Origin: a virus
Lineage: Duplodnaviria > Heunggongvirae > Uroviricota > Caudoviricetes
DNA length: 20,588 nt
Strand: one strand, 5' to 3'
Virus record (IMG/VR): IMGVR_UViG_2531839584_000015
The notes under the pieces are model-generated. The model did not search any database. It saw only the letters and a list, made by a program, of their open reading frames with translations, and was not told where the DNA came from. The position numbers and the translations under genes are program-made. Shown piece by piece: positions 1-7,157 of the stretch (position 1 is its first letter; each line of letters opens with the position of its first letter).

Positions 1-123
1 CCAGAACAATGGGCGCAGGCCGGGCGACTAATTGCATCAGGAGTTCCTCGCCAGAAGGTGGCGATCATTTATGATGTTGGCGTATCGACTTTGTATAAGA
101 AGTTTCCGGTCGGAGATAAATGA
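1..123 (+). pseudogene. 3' end of Pin/Gin/Hin-family serine DNA invertase remnant, cut by the window edge (same sequence as 19174..19296)
   Basis: Window starts inside the reading frame that ends ...KKFPVGDK with TGA at 121..123; identical to the 3' end of the ORF at 18790..19296. Confidence 0.7.
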
Positions 124-203
124 AACCGTAGCACGTCGTATGCAAGAACGTGCCACGGCTGGCTGATAAGCTTGTAAAAATATTGAACAGGGAGTGGAGC
201 ATT

Positions 204-851
204 CTATGAAGCTAATTTGTTTAATTTCATTTGTAGTGACTTTACTTCTTGGTCGATAATGTCGAATCCCTTATTGACAGCATCTCTTAGCTCTGCATCA
301 ATATTTTTTATCCCTTGAGCATAATCTACCATTACATTTATTTTTGCATCATGTAATCTTTTATACATGGTTTTATCTTTGTTATTGTCTGCCATGCCAA
401 TAAGGATTTTTTCATAATCCTCAATGAGTTTGTTGTTTCCTTTAAATGATTGTATTAATGAGCGTGAATATGTGTATATGTTAATTATTGAGTCTCTAGC
501 AGAATCATTTAGTTTTGCAATGACATTCGCATTTTGCTCATAGAATGTGAAATTATCATCCCCTACAGGGAATGTGAGAATCAACATTTGTCCCGGTTTT
601 ATATTATCAATGTGTGTTTTCATCCTTTTATTATATAAATTGATTAGGGTGAAAACTTCTCCCTTAACTCCTTTTAATACTGAAAGTTGTAATTCAAGGG
701 ATTCTCTTTCTGTCTCTACTTTAGACAGCTTAGCTTGTTGGGTGACTCCTTTTAGGGTAAACCATCCGCCAATAAGAGTACCAACTAGAGCTGTGAGGGA
801 GGAGGATAACCATCCAGGTATGCTATTTAAAAGATTACTAAATTCACTCAT
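204..851 (-). CDS. Hypothetical protein, 215 aa, with predicted N-terminal transmembrane helix and coiled-coil; AT-rich cargo gene
   Basis: Intact ORF in track. Hydrophobic stretch IPGWLSSSLTALVGTLIGGWFTL near the N-terminus, then a charged heptad-like segment. AT-rich codon usage unlike the backbone. No family recognised from memory. Confidence 0.55.
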   Translation of the reverse strand: MSEFSNLLNSIPGWLSSSLTALVGTLIGGWFTLKGVTQQAKLSKVETERESLELQLSVLKGVKGEVFTLINLYNKRMKTHIDNIKPGQMLILTFPVGDDNFTFYEQNANVIAKLNDSARDSIINIYTYSRSLIQSFKGNNKLIEDYEKILIGMADNNKDKTMYKRLHDAKINVMVDYAQGIKNIDAELRDAVNKGFDIIDQEVKSLQMKLNKLAS

Positions 852-909
852 TATAAGTACTCGCTAATATTGAACGATATATATATCAAATTATTATAAA
901 ACTCGTCAG

Positions 910-1344
910 CTACTGGAGAAGGCTACCTGAACTTCGAACTATTCCTGCATCCATATAGTTGATGGTCTTCTGGAGCTCTTCGATTAGGGCAACAGCTTTT
1001 GCTCGAGAAATGCATATTAGTTGATCCGGAAATTCTTGTAAGGGCCAGTTTGGTATACAGGCCATGTTATCAGTGAAGGATGCAGACAAGTAAACTTCAT
1101 TGGTAACCAGAGAATAGCTTACCTCAAAATTGGTGAGTTCCGGCAAACTGCTAACGTTTGACTCTTTTCTGCGCATAATATTATCCATGACTGTAATTAT
1201 GTACAGGTGATGGTCTTCAATTTCGAAGAGGGAGTCAAGGGGGAGTCTCAAATGAACCGTTATAGAAAAGGGGGGGATCTTTGTGTTGCTGAACTTATGC
1301 AAAATTTTTTTGCACCATAAATCCAACAACACATTCAATAACAC
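910..1344 (-). CDS. Hypothetical protein, up to 144 aa; start uncertain (track start is GTG at 1344; in-frame ATG at 1188 would give about 92 aa)
   Basis: ORF in track lies immediately upstream of, and on the same strand as, 204..851 (58-bp gap), so a two-gene operon is likely. The 5' part contains a C7 homopolymer (G7 on + strand, 1270..1276) and promoter-like AT-rich sequence, so the N-terminal extension may not be coding. Confidence 0.4.
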   Translation of the reverse strand: MLLNVLLDLWCKKILHKFSNTKIPPFSITVHLRLPLDSLFEIEDHHLYIITVMDNIMRRKESNVSSLPELTNFEVSYSLVTNEVYLSASFTDNMACIPNWPLQEFPDQLICISRAKAVALIEELQKTINYMDAGIVRSSGSLLQ

Positions 1345-1647
1345 ATTGCTGTATCACTATGAAAATAAATGTGTTTTTATTTGATTTCACACATATCACA
1401 ATTGATGCATTTTTTAGTGATTAGTAAAGACATTTCAATGGATTACCGTTAAATCATTTTAAAATCAGTAAGTTGTATCGAGTTTGTATGCTTTACTGTC
1501 ATTAACTTACTGTATGTTGATCCAGTGTATTTAACCTTGATAAACTCAGTCCAGCAACACAAAACCGCAACACATTGCATTTTGTCCCGTAGAAAAGACT
1601 TGTATGTGTGAGCTTGTTTTCTGCGCCTACGCAGATAAGGATTGAGA

Positions 1648-3045
1648 ATGCCGCGCACTGTAACACATAATCCGGATAGCCCCAATAATGACGATGTTTT
1701 AGCCGCATCTGAAAAATGGGACGCCTGTAAACCCCCCTATACCAGCGCACACATGAAAATCTGTGTTGCTGCCGCCAAAATCATCCTCGCTGCTTCCGGC
1801 GTGGCTCGCCGTTCCAAATACGAAAAAGAGAACTATCTCCGTATCGATTTCAGCAAAGCCGGTAAGGTTACATTTTACGCCGAGTTTCCAAAAAAGATGG
1901 GCCTCAAGGGTAAAAAGCTCGGCGAGTGGCCGGAGCTCGCTATCCAGCTGGCGCGCGAAAAAGCGCTAGGTATGGCTGACGGTGGCTTGCGGGCAGAGTC
2001 CGTACATGCAGCGCTGGAAATGTACCGGGATGACCTCAAAGCCAAAGTCGCCCGGCAGAAGCTGAGCCCGGACAGTTTCACAACCTACGGGGTGCGTATC
2101 GACCGGATTAAAGCAACGTTCGGCGAGCGTGAGGTGTTCAGCGACGTAACATACAATCGGCTGGTGGAAGTGCTGGACGAGTGGATCGCCACTCGCTCGA
2201 ACAATAACGCCCTGGAGTTGTTTGCCGAGCTCCGTCGGTTCTGGAAGTTCTGCGCACCTACTCTTTGTAACGGTCGCAATGTTGCTGCCAGTCTGCCAGA
2301 TGATTATGTTTCCTCCCGCGTACAGAAACCCACCCCCACACGGCTTTTTACCGATATTGAGTCAATCGCCCGGCTCTGGCTCAATGTTGCCGCCTGCACC
2401 TCTGTACACCAGAAGAATGCTGTTCGCTTCATGATCATCACCGGCGTTCGTCCGATTAATGTCCATAACCTGCGCTGGGACTACGTTCACGAGGAGACTG
2501 GCGAAATTGTTTATCCTGAAGGGGTTATCGGCATGCGAGGGGCTATGAAAACACAAAAGGCTTTCCCCCTGCCAATAACGCCGGAGATCCGGCGGATTAT
2601 CGACGAGCAGAAAGCATGGCGTGATTCAGTTCCTGAGTGCAACAGGGATTATGTATTTTTGCAGCCGCGTGATCCAATGCAGCCATTTTCAAAACGATCA
2701 CTGGATAAGCTAGTGAAAACATACAGCCCGGATGGGGCTGTAAAAGGAATAAAACATGATGGGACTGTTAAAGGGAAAGACGGTGCATTTAATACGATGT
2801 GCCGTAAATTCCTTAAGAGCAATGTTATTGCCTTGATGAAGGAAAGAGGCTATTCCCGATCAGACCGAAGGGAAATCAGCCTCCTTTGCCTTCACCACTC
2901 CAGCAAGTCAGATGACCCGATGGCAGAACATTACGACTTTTCTGATGAGATTTTGCAGGAAGAGATTGCGTTAAAGCGCGAAGCTTTCGAGGCTCACGAG
3001 CGGAGCATACTTGCGCAGGTGGCATTGCTACGGCGGCGAGGGTAA
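1648..3045 (+). CDS. Tyrosine-type site-specific recombinase (phage integrase)
   Basis: ORF 1642..3045; ATG at 1648 is preceded by TAAGGA (1636..1641). C-terminal region has a catalytic-domain-like layout (R...H-x-x-R...Y: GVRPINVHNLRWDYV, LLCLHHSSKSD, AEHYDF). Confidence 0.8.
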   Translation: MPRTVTHNPDSPNNDDVLAASEKWDACKPPYTSAHMKICVAAAKIILAASGVARRSKYEKENYLRIDFSKAGKVTFYAEFPKKMGLKGKKLGEWPELAIQLAREKALGMADGGLRAESVHAALEMYRDDLKAKVARQKLSPDSFTTYGVRIDRIKATFGEREVFSDVTYNRLVEVLDEWIATRSNNNALELFAELRRFWKFCAPTLCNGRNVAASLPDDYVSSRVQKPTPTRLFTDIESIARLWLNVAACTSVHQKNAVRFMIITGVRPINVHNLRWDYVHEETGEIVYPEGVIGMRGAMKTQKAFPLPITPEIRRIIDEQKAWRDSVPECNRDYVFLQPRDPMQPFSKRSLDKLVKTYSPDGAVKGIKHDGTVKGKDGAFNTMCRKFLKSNVIALMKERGYSRSDRREISLLCLHHSSKSDDPMAEHYDFSDEILQEEIALKREAFEAHERSILAQVALLRRRG

Positions 3046-3242
3046 TACCGGCTGCGACACTTTTGAATAAAAGCGTCGACATTGCGGCGCTCATAACGAA
3101 CTACTTTTGCACTGAAACGAATTGGTGCCAGGATAGCCCGATGACGATGCTTAATATTCCACTCACATAGCGTTTTCTGTGTAATACCTAACTTTTGGCA
3201 TACTTCATCCGGGGTGAGTAAATCGTCGGGTTTCTCGCTCAT
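2994..3242 (-). CDS. AlpA-family HTH protein (excisionase / prophage transcriptional regulator)
   Basis: 82-aa ORF with LLTPDEVCQKLGITQKTLCEW HTH typical of AlpA/Xis-like proteins. Its 3' end overlaps the convergent integrase 3' end by about 52 bp. Confidence 0.65.
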   Translation of the reverse strand: MSEKPDDLLTPDEVCQKLGITQKTLCEWNIKHRHRAILAPIRFSAKVVRYERRNVDAFIQKCRSRYYPRRRSNATCASMLRS

Positions 3243-4636
3243 GCTATACCTCTCTTTTTCATGGCATCGAGCAGGATGTCCTGCACTGTTCGTTTTGAGT
3301 TGCGCCGCTCCATCACCATTTCGTCCATAGTGTCGGCAGCAATAATGTGGTGAATAAATACCGGACGATTGTGTCCGGCCTGTATCTGCCTGGTGGGGCC
3401 GATACGTTCAATAATTTGCTGATATTGCTCCAGGTCCCACCAGTGTGAGAAAAATACCAGTATATTTCCGCCGTCTTGCATGTTCAGGCCGTGGCCCGCG
3501 CTGGCTGGGTGTGCAAAGAGAACAGGAATCTTTCCGGAATTCCAGTCGCGCAGTGTCTGTGGATCCTGGTCGAGGTGACGACCGCGAGGGAATGCTTTAA
3601 GCAAGCGTTCAAGATCGTGTTTCCAGTGATAAGCAACCAGCACAGGTGCGCCAGCTGCTTCGGTCAGTATGCTGTCCAGCGCCTGTAGTTTGGTGTCATG
3701 CAGTTCTGACCAACTTCCGGTGTCGTCTGTGTATACTGCGCCACTGGCGATTTGAAGACACTTCAGTGTCTTTGCCGCGGCGTTCGGTGCTTCGATGCCT
3801 TCGCCATTCAGCTCGAGGAACATTTCCTTTTCCATTTCACGATACTGCTGACGGGCCTTCGGCGGCATATCCACGCGGATTACGTTATGGATGGGGTCTT
3901 TGATATCGAACCAGTCGGCCGCATCTAGCGAGAGGGTCACATCGGCTAATGCTCGCTGTATTTCACCCTGTGAGTGAGCAAAAGGCTCCAGTTTAGTCCA
4001 GCTCTGTCCCGGAAACTGTATCGAGTTGAACCAGCGTGAGGTAAACGCACCGTAAGTGCGCCCGAGACGTTGCCCTTGGTCCACAAACCACGATTGTCCC
4101 CACAAATCTACCAGGCCGTTCGGTGCTGGCGTACCGGTGAGATTTATCCAGCGCCGGACATACTTATGCGCCACTTTGCCCAGTGCCGCCGCGCGCTTAC
4201 CACCACCTCGCAGCCGGAAGGATTTTAGCCGGGTGCTTTCATCTGGAATGACAATACCGAACGGCCATCGTTCTCCCAATTCTTCAACCAGCCAGACAAG
4301 GTTATCGTAGTTGATGGTGAACACGCTTGCGTTGCTGTTCGCCAGCGCCGTAGAGCGCGCTTTGGCATTACCAACAATCGGCTGCACCTCGATATTGCGC
4401 AAATGCCCCCACTTCACTGCTTCATCCGGCCAGGTGTTTGCTGCAACACGTAGCGGCGCGAGGACCAGTGCGGGGCGTGTTTCTGCCCCTGCCATAAAAA
4501 GATCTTCCAGCGCAGTGAGCGTTGCCACGGTTTTACCCATTCCCATACCTGCCCAGATGTTGCAGCGCATAATGTCGATTTGATGATTGATGATGAGATC
4601 TTGGTAGGGGTGAGGTGAAAATATAGCATAGTCCAT
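3239..4636 (-). CDS. SNF2-family (DEAD/DEAH-like) DNA helicase, phage replication
   Basis: Walker A GMGKT, motif II region IVIPDESTRLKS (DE..RLK as in SNF2 proteins), C-terminal helicase domain. RBS GGAGA upstream of ATG at 4636. Confidence 0.75.
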   Translation of the reverse strand: MDYAIFSPHPYQDLIINHQIDIMRCNIWAGMGMGKTVATLTALEDLFMAGAETRPALVLAPLRVAANTWPDEAVKWGHLRNIEVQPIVGNAKARSTALANSNASVFTINYDNLVWLVEELGERWPFGIVIPDESTRLKSFRLRGGGKRAAALGKVAHKYVRRWINLTGTPAPNGLVDLWGQSWFVDQGQRLGRTYGAFTSRWFNSIQFPGQSWTKLEPFAHSQGEIQRALADVTLSLDAADWFDIKDPIHNVIRVDMPPKARQQYREMEKEMFLELNGEGIEAPNAAAKTLKCLQIASGAVYTDDTGSWSELHDTKLQALDSILTEAAGAPVLVAYHWKHDLERLLKAFPRGRHLDQDPQTLRDWNSGKIPVLFAHPASAGHGLNMQDGGNILVFFSHWWDLEQYQQIIERIGPTRQIQAGHNRPVFIHHIIAADTMDEMVMERRNSKRTVQDILLDAMKKRGIA

Positions 4637-4703
4637 GGTATTGTATCTCCATGAATGAACTTATGTAGTAATAGCTTAATTATTTATTTCGAAAGGAACA
4701 GTT

Positions 4704-5582
4704 ATGACCTCAGCTTATACAGATGTCCAGCAAGAAGAAAATATTACTGATAAATTAGTTGTTAAATATGATGGTCCCGCACTAGCAGATCATAAAATAG
4801 ATTTGGATGTTTTAACTGAGTCATTGAATGGACTAAACAACTTGCTTAAAGAAGTTAATTTGGTTGTCAATGGCACTAGTGAGTGTATTAATGTTGAGGT
4901 TGAGCCTTTTAAGGAAGGCTCATTTGAGTATTTGATTGATGTTATTCAAAATCCACTTGACCATTTGAATATATTAAGCATTATTGGGCTTGGAGGTACA
5001 ACTGCACTCGCAGCAGGAAATACTCTCATTGACTTAATTCGTCAGATCAATGGTAGGCAAATAAAACGGTTGACTTTAACAGCGGAAGGAGACTGTAAAA
5101 TAGTTATGGATGATGGTGAGGAAATTATAGCCCCGTCATATTTCCGGCCTTTACTTGCCTCACCAAGCATACGCAAATCCTTATCGAAGTTAATTCATAA
5201 TCCTTTGCAAAAGGAAGGATACGAATCGCTTAAAATTTCAACTCAACAGGGGGTTGAGCTGATTAAGGTGCACGAAGATAATATTGAACCGTTCAGATAT
5301 AGGCGCGTTCCTGTAGTGCAGTCCTTGTCTGAAAGGGTGATTGAAGAGGCTCTAATCACATTTTTGACTATTCATAAGGATAAAAACACAGGCTGGCGAG
5401 TCAACTATGGCGATGACACAATCAGCGTGTCTATAGAAGATACTGAGTTCTTACAACGTGTTAGTACGGGAAGAGAACCTGGTGTTTTTAGTGATGCTTA
5501 CTGCGTTGATTTGCTCGTCCGTGAGAACTTGAATTCGCTGGACAAAACGTACATAGTTGTTAAAGTACACGGCATCTTATAG
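4704..5582 (+). CDS. Hypothetical soluble protein, 292 aa; first gene of AT-rich three-gene cassette
   Basis: Intact ORF with AAAGGAA RBS 7 nt upstream of ATG. A hand count of a 60-nt sample gave about 32% G+C, against about 58% in the neighbouring helicase gene. Opposite strand to the surrounding replication operon. No family recognised. Confidence 0.6.
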   Translation: MTSAYTDVQQEENITDKLVVKYDGPALADHKIDLDVLTESLNGLNNLLKEVNLVVNGTSECINVEVEPFKEGSFEYLIDVIQNPLDHLNILSIIGLGGTTALAAGNTLIDLIRQINGRQIKRLTLTAEGDCKIVMDDGEEIIAPSYFRPLLASPSIRKSLSKLIHNPLQKEGYESLKISTQQGVELIKVHEDNIEPFRYRRVPVVQSLSERVIEEALITFLTIHKDKNTGWRVNYGDDTISVSIEDTEFLQRVSTGREPGVFSDAYCVDLLVRENLNSLDKTYIVVKVHGIL

Positions 5583-5605
5583 TAGATTCACATGGGGAGG
5601 GGGCT

Positions 5606-5854
5606 ATGATTGCTTTTGCTTTTTGGCTGGCTTTTTTTAGCCTGCTTCCCGTACTATATTGGGTTCTTAAGATGGGGTTTGACCGGTTACGCTTTGCGCT
5701 TATGCCTAAACATCATCTTGTTCTTGAATGTGTTGACTCAGAAGGAGTTGTCCGTCGCGATGTCGTTGATGTCTCTTCTGATGATGAATTTTACAAAATT
5801 GCAATGAATGCCATTCGTGCTGGAAGATCAGTCAAAGGAGGGACGTTTGAGTAG
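5606..5854 (+). CDS. Small membrane protein, 82 aa (one N-terminal transmembrane helix plus acidic C-terminal domain)
   Basis: ORF preceded by GGGGAGGGGG RBS-like sequence. N-terminus AFAFWLAFFSLLPVLYWVL is strongly hydrophobic. Sits 24 bp downstream of the 292-aa gene. Confidence 0.5.
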   Translation: MIAFAFWLAFFSLLPVLYWVLKMGFDRLRFALMPKHHLVLECVDSEGVVRRDVVDVSSDDEFYKIAMNAIRAGRSVKGGTFE

Positions 5855-6377
5855 CGCTTCTAAACTTGATAGCTACGAAAAAGTCCCTCTGATTTCTAAT
5901 GTTGCTGCTGGTGGCATCACTGGTTTTTTAACATTACTGGTGTCCTCGTGGGACGGTTGTTTTCCGTATATTGGTTCTGATTTAAATACAATAAAGCCAT
6001 TTCTTTTATTAATGCTTCCCAGTTGCGCTATGTTTCTGGCGCATTGGATAAAGTCGATTGGGTTTAAATGGTCCTTAGGTAGCGTTAATCGACAGTTATT
6101 AAGCATTAATAAGAAGAAAGAAAAAGAACTTCGCCGTGATATTGAAAAGTACAAAAATGTTATTTCTAATGAAAAGATAGAGGACTTTAAAAGTCAACTT
6201 GAACAAGTATTACAAGATCGTCATGATATTATTTCTAATAATTACGCACAGAAACTAAGAGAAAGAAATTATACGCAAGAAAAATATCATGAGCATAAAC
6301 AAACCGCTGCAAATGATAATATTGAGCTGCAAAGCATACTGGAGAATCAGAAGTTCAATCAAAAAGGCATTGACTAA
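5808..6377 (+). CDS. Membrane protein with C-terminal coiled-coil, 176-189 aa; start uncertain (ATG 5808, or in-frame TTG 5847 preceded by AAGGAGG at 5835..5841)
   Basis: ORF overlaps the end of the 82-aa gene in another frame. Two hydrophobic segments (GGITGFLTLLVSS, PFLLLMLPSCAMFLAHWI), then a K/E-rich heptad region. Stop is only 4 bp from the stop of the convergent VRR-NUC gene. Confidence 0.5.
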   Translation: MPFVLEDQSKEGRLSSASKLDSYEKVPLISNVAAGGITGFLTLLVSSWDGCFPYIGSDLNTIKPFLLLMLPSCAMFLAHWIKSIGFKWSLGSVNRQLLSINKKKEKELRRDIEKYKNVISNEKIEDFKSQLEQVLQDRHDIISNNYAQKLRERNYTQEKYHEHKQTAANDNIELQSILENQKFNQKGID

Positions 6378-6381
6378 ATTT

Positions 6382-6651
6382 TTATAATATCCTCTCTAGG
6401 TTCTTGCTATCCAGCACCACTACGGTAAAGCCCAGTTTTCGCAGACGTTCATGTTCGCGCAATTGGTCAGGCCGTGGTGGCTTGCCGGGAGATTTACATT
6501 CAACGAAAACGATACGACCACCTGGTAGCAGGACAATGCGATCCGGTACCGAGCGGTGACCGGGAGATACAAACTTAAAGGCCACTCCGCCAGCTTTTTT
6601 CACTTCAGCGACGAGGTGCTTTTCGATAAGGCTTTCACGTTCATAGGCCAT
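6382..6651 (-). CDS. VRR-NUC domain nuclease
   Basis: Sequence MAYERESLIEKHLVAEVKKAGG...VECKSPGKPPRPDQ resembles the VRR-NUC (PD-(D/E)XK-like) family seen in phage replication modules. Start taken as ATG at 6651, 5 nt after the upstream gene's stop; the track ORF extends to 6678. Confidence 0.6.
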   Translation of the reverse strand: MAYERESLIEKHLVAEVKKAGGVAFKFVSPGHRSVPDRIVLLPGGRIVFVECKSPGKPPRPDQLREHERLRKLGFTVVVLDSKNLERIL

Positions 6652-6940
6652 CTGAATCCCACTCTTCAAAAAGCACATTCAATTCCAGTTTCTCTGCCAA
6701 CGCGTTTTCTGCACGTGCGCCAGCAGAGTACTCCCACTCTTTGAGCATATAAATCGTATCGGCACAGCGAAGCATTGCGAGGCAGATGTCCATATACTGA
6801 GCCTGTGTCAAACCATTGGGTAAAGTTGCGGGGTTAAGCACAACATATCCCTTGTCCGTTAGCCTCTTTGCTGCGGAATGAAAAGCCGGGCGGTTAAATT
6901 GCTCGTAACCGCTCATCGGCCCGGCAACGTAAACGATCAT
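6641..6940 (-). CDS. DUF4406-like protein (nucleoside 2-deoxyribosyltransferase-like fold)
   Basis: N-terminus MIVYVAGPMSG is characteristic of DUF4406 phage proteins as I recall them. ATGA start/stop overlap with the upstream 71-aa gene. Confidence 0.5.
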   Translation of the reverse strand: MIVYVAGPMSGYEQFNRPAFHSAAKRLTDKGYVVLNPATLPNGLTQAQYMDICLAMLRCADTIYMLKEWEYSAGARAENALAEKLELNVLFEEWDSDGL

Positions 6941-7152
6941 TCTTCGACCGCCTTACGCTTTTCACGCATATTCTGCATCAGGCAAAAATCAGATCTGCGT
7001 TCACTCCATTCCTGATTCAGTTCGTGATGTGATTCGCGGTTGGCTTTTGCCCAGACCTTCGCTGCCCGGTCATATTCGCCGGATTGTTCAAGTCGCAAAG
7101 CCTCCCTTGCAGCCCTGTAATAAAGTGGATTGTCCCGGTATTTAAATGACAT
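6937..7152 (-). CDS. Small phage protein, 71 aa, function unknown
   Basis: ORF packed between the polymerase and DUF4406 genes with a start/stop overlap. No confident family assignment. Confidence 0.45.
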   Translation of the reverse strand: MSFKYRDNPLYYRAAREALRLEQSGEYDRAAKVWAKANRESHHELNQEWSERRSDFCLMQNMREKRKAVEE

Positions 7153-7157
7153 AGGAG

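Larger units (their letters stand above)
1..1415. repeat. Left copy of the 1,415-bp terminal direct repeat
   Basis: Sequence 1..1415 matches 19174..20588: both ends checked base by base, and the two encoded ORFs are identical. Confidence 0.85.

Noticed and set aside
547-867. 106-aa ORF on the + strand (and its copy at 19720..20040)
   Set aside because: Entirely antisense to and embedded within the 215-aa gene; no RBS; likely a by-product of the AT-rich sequence.
1449-1750. Two overlapping minus-strand ORFs of 78 and 82 aa upstream of the integrase
   Set aside because: They span the AT-rich intergenic region and the integrase start, with no RBS or recognisable domain; more likely regulatory DNA.
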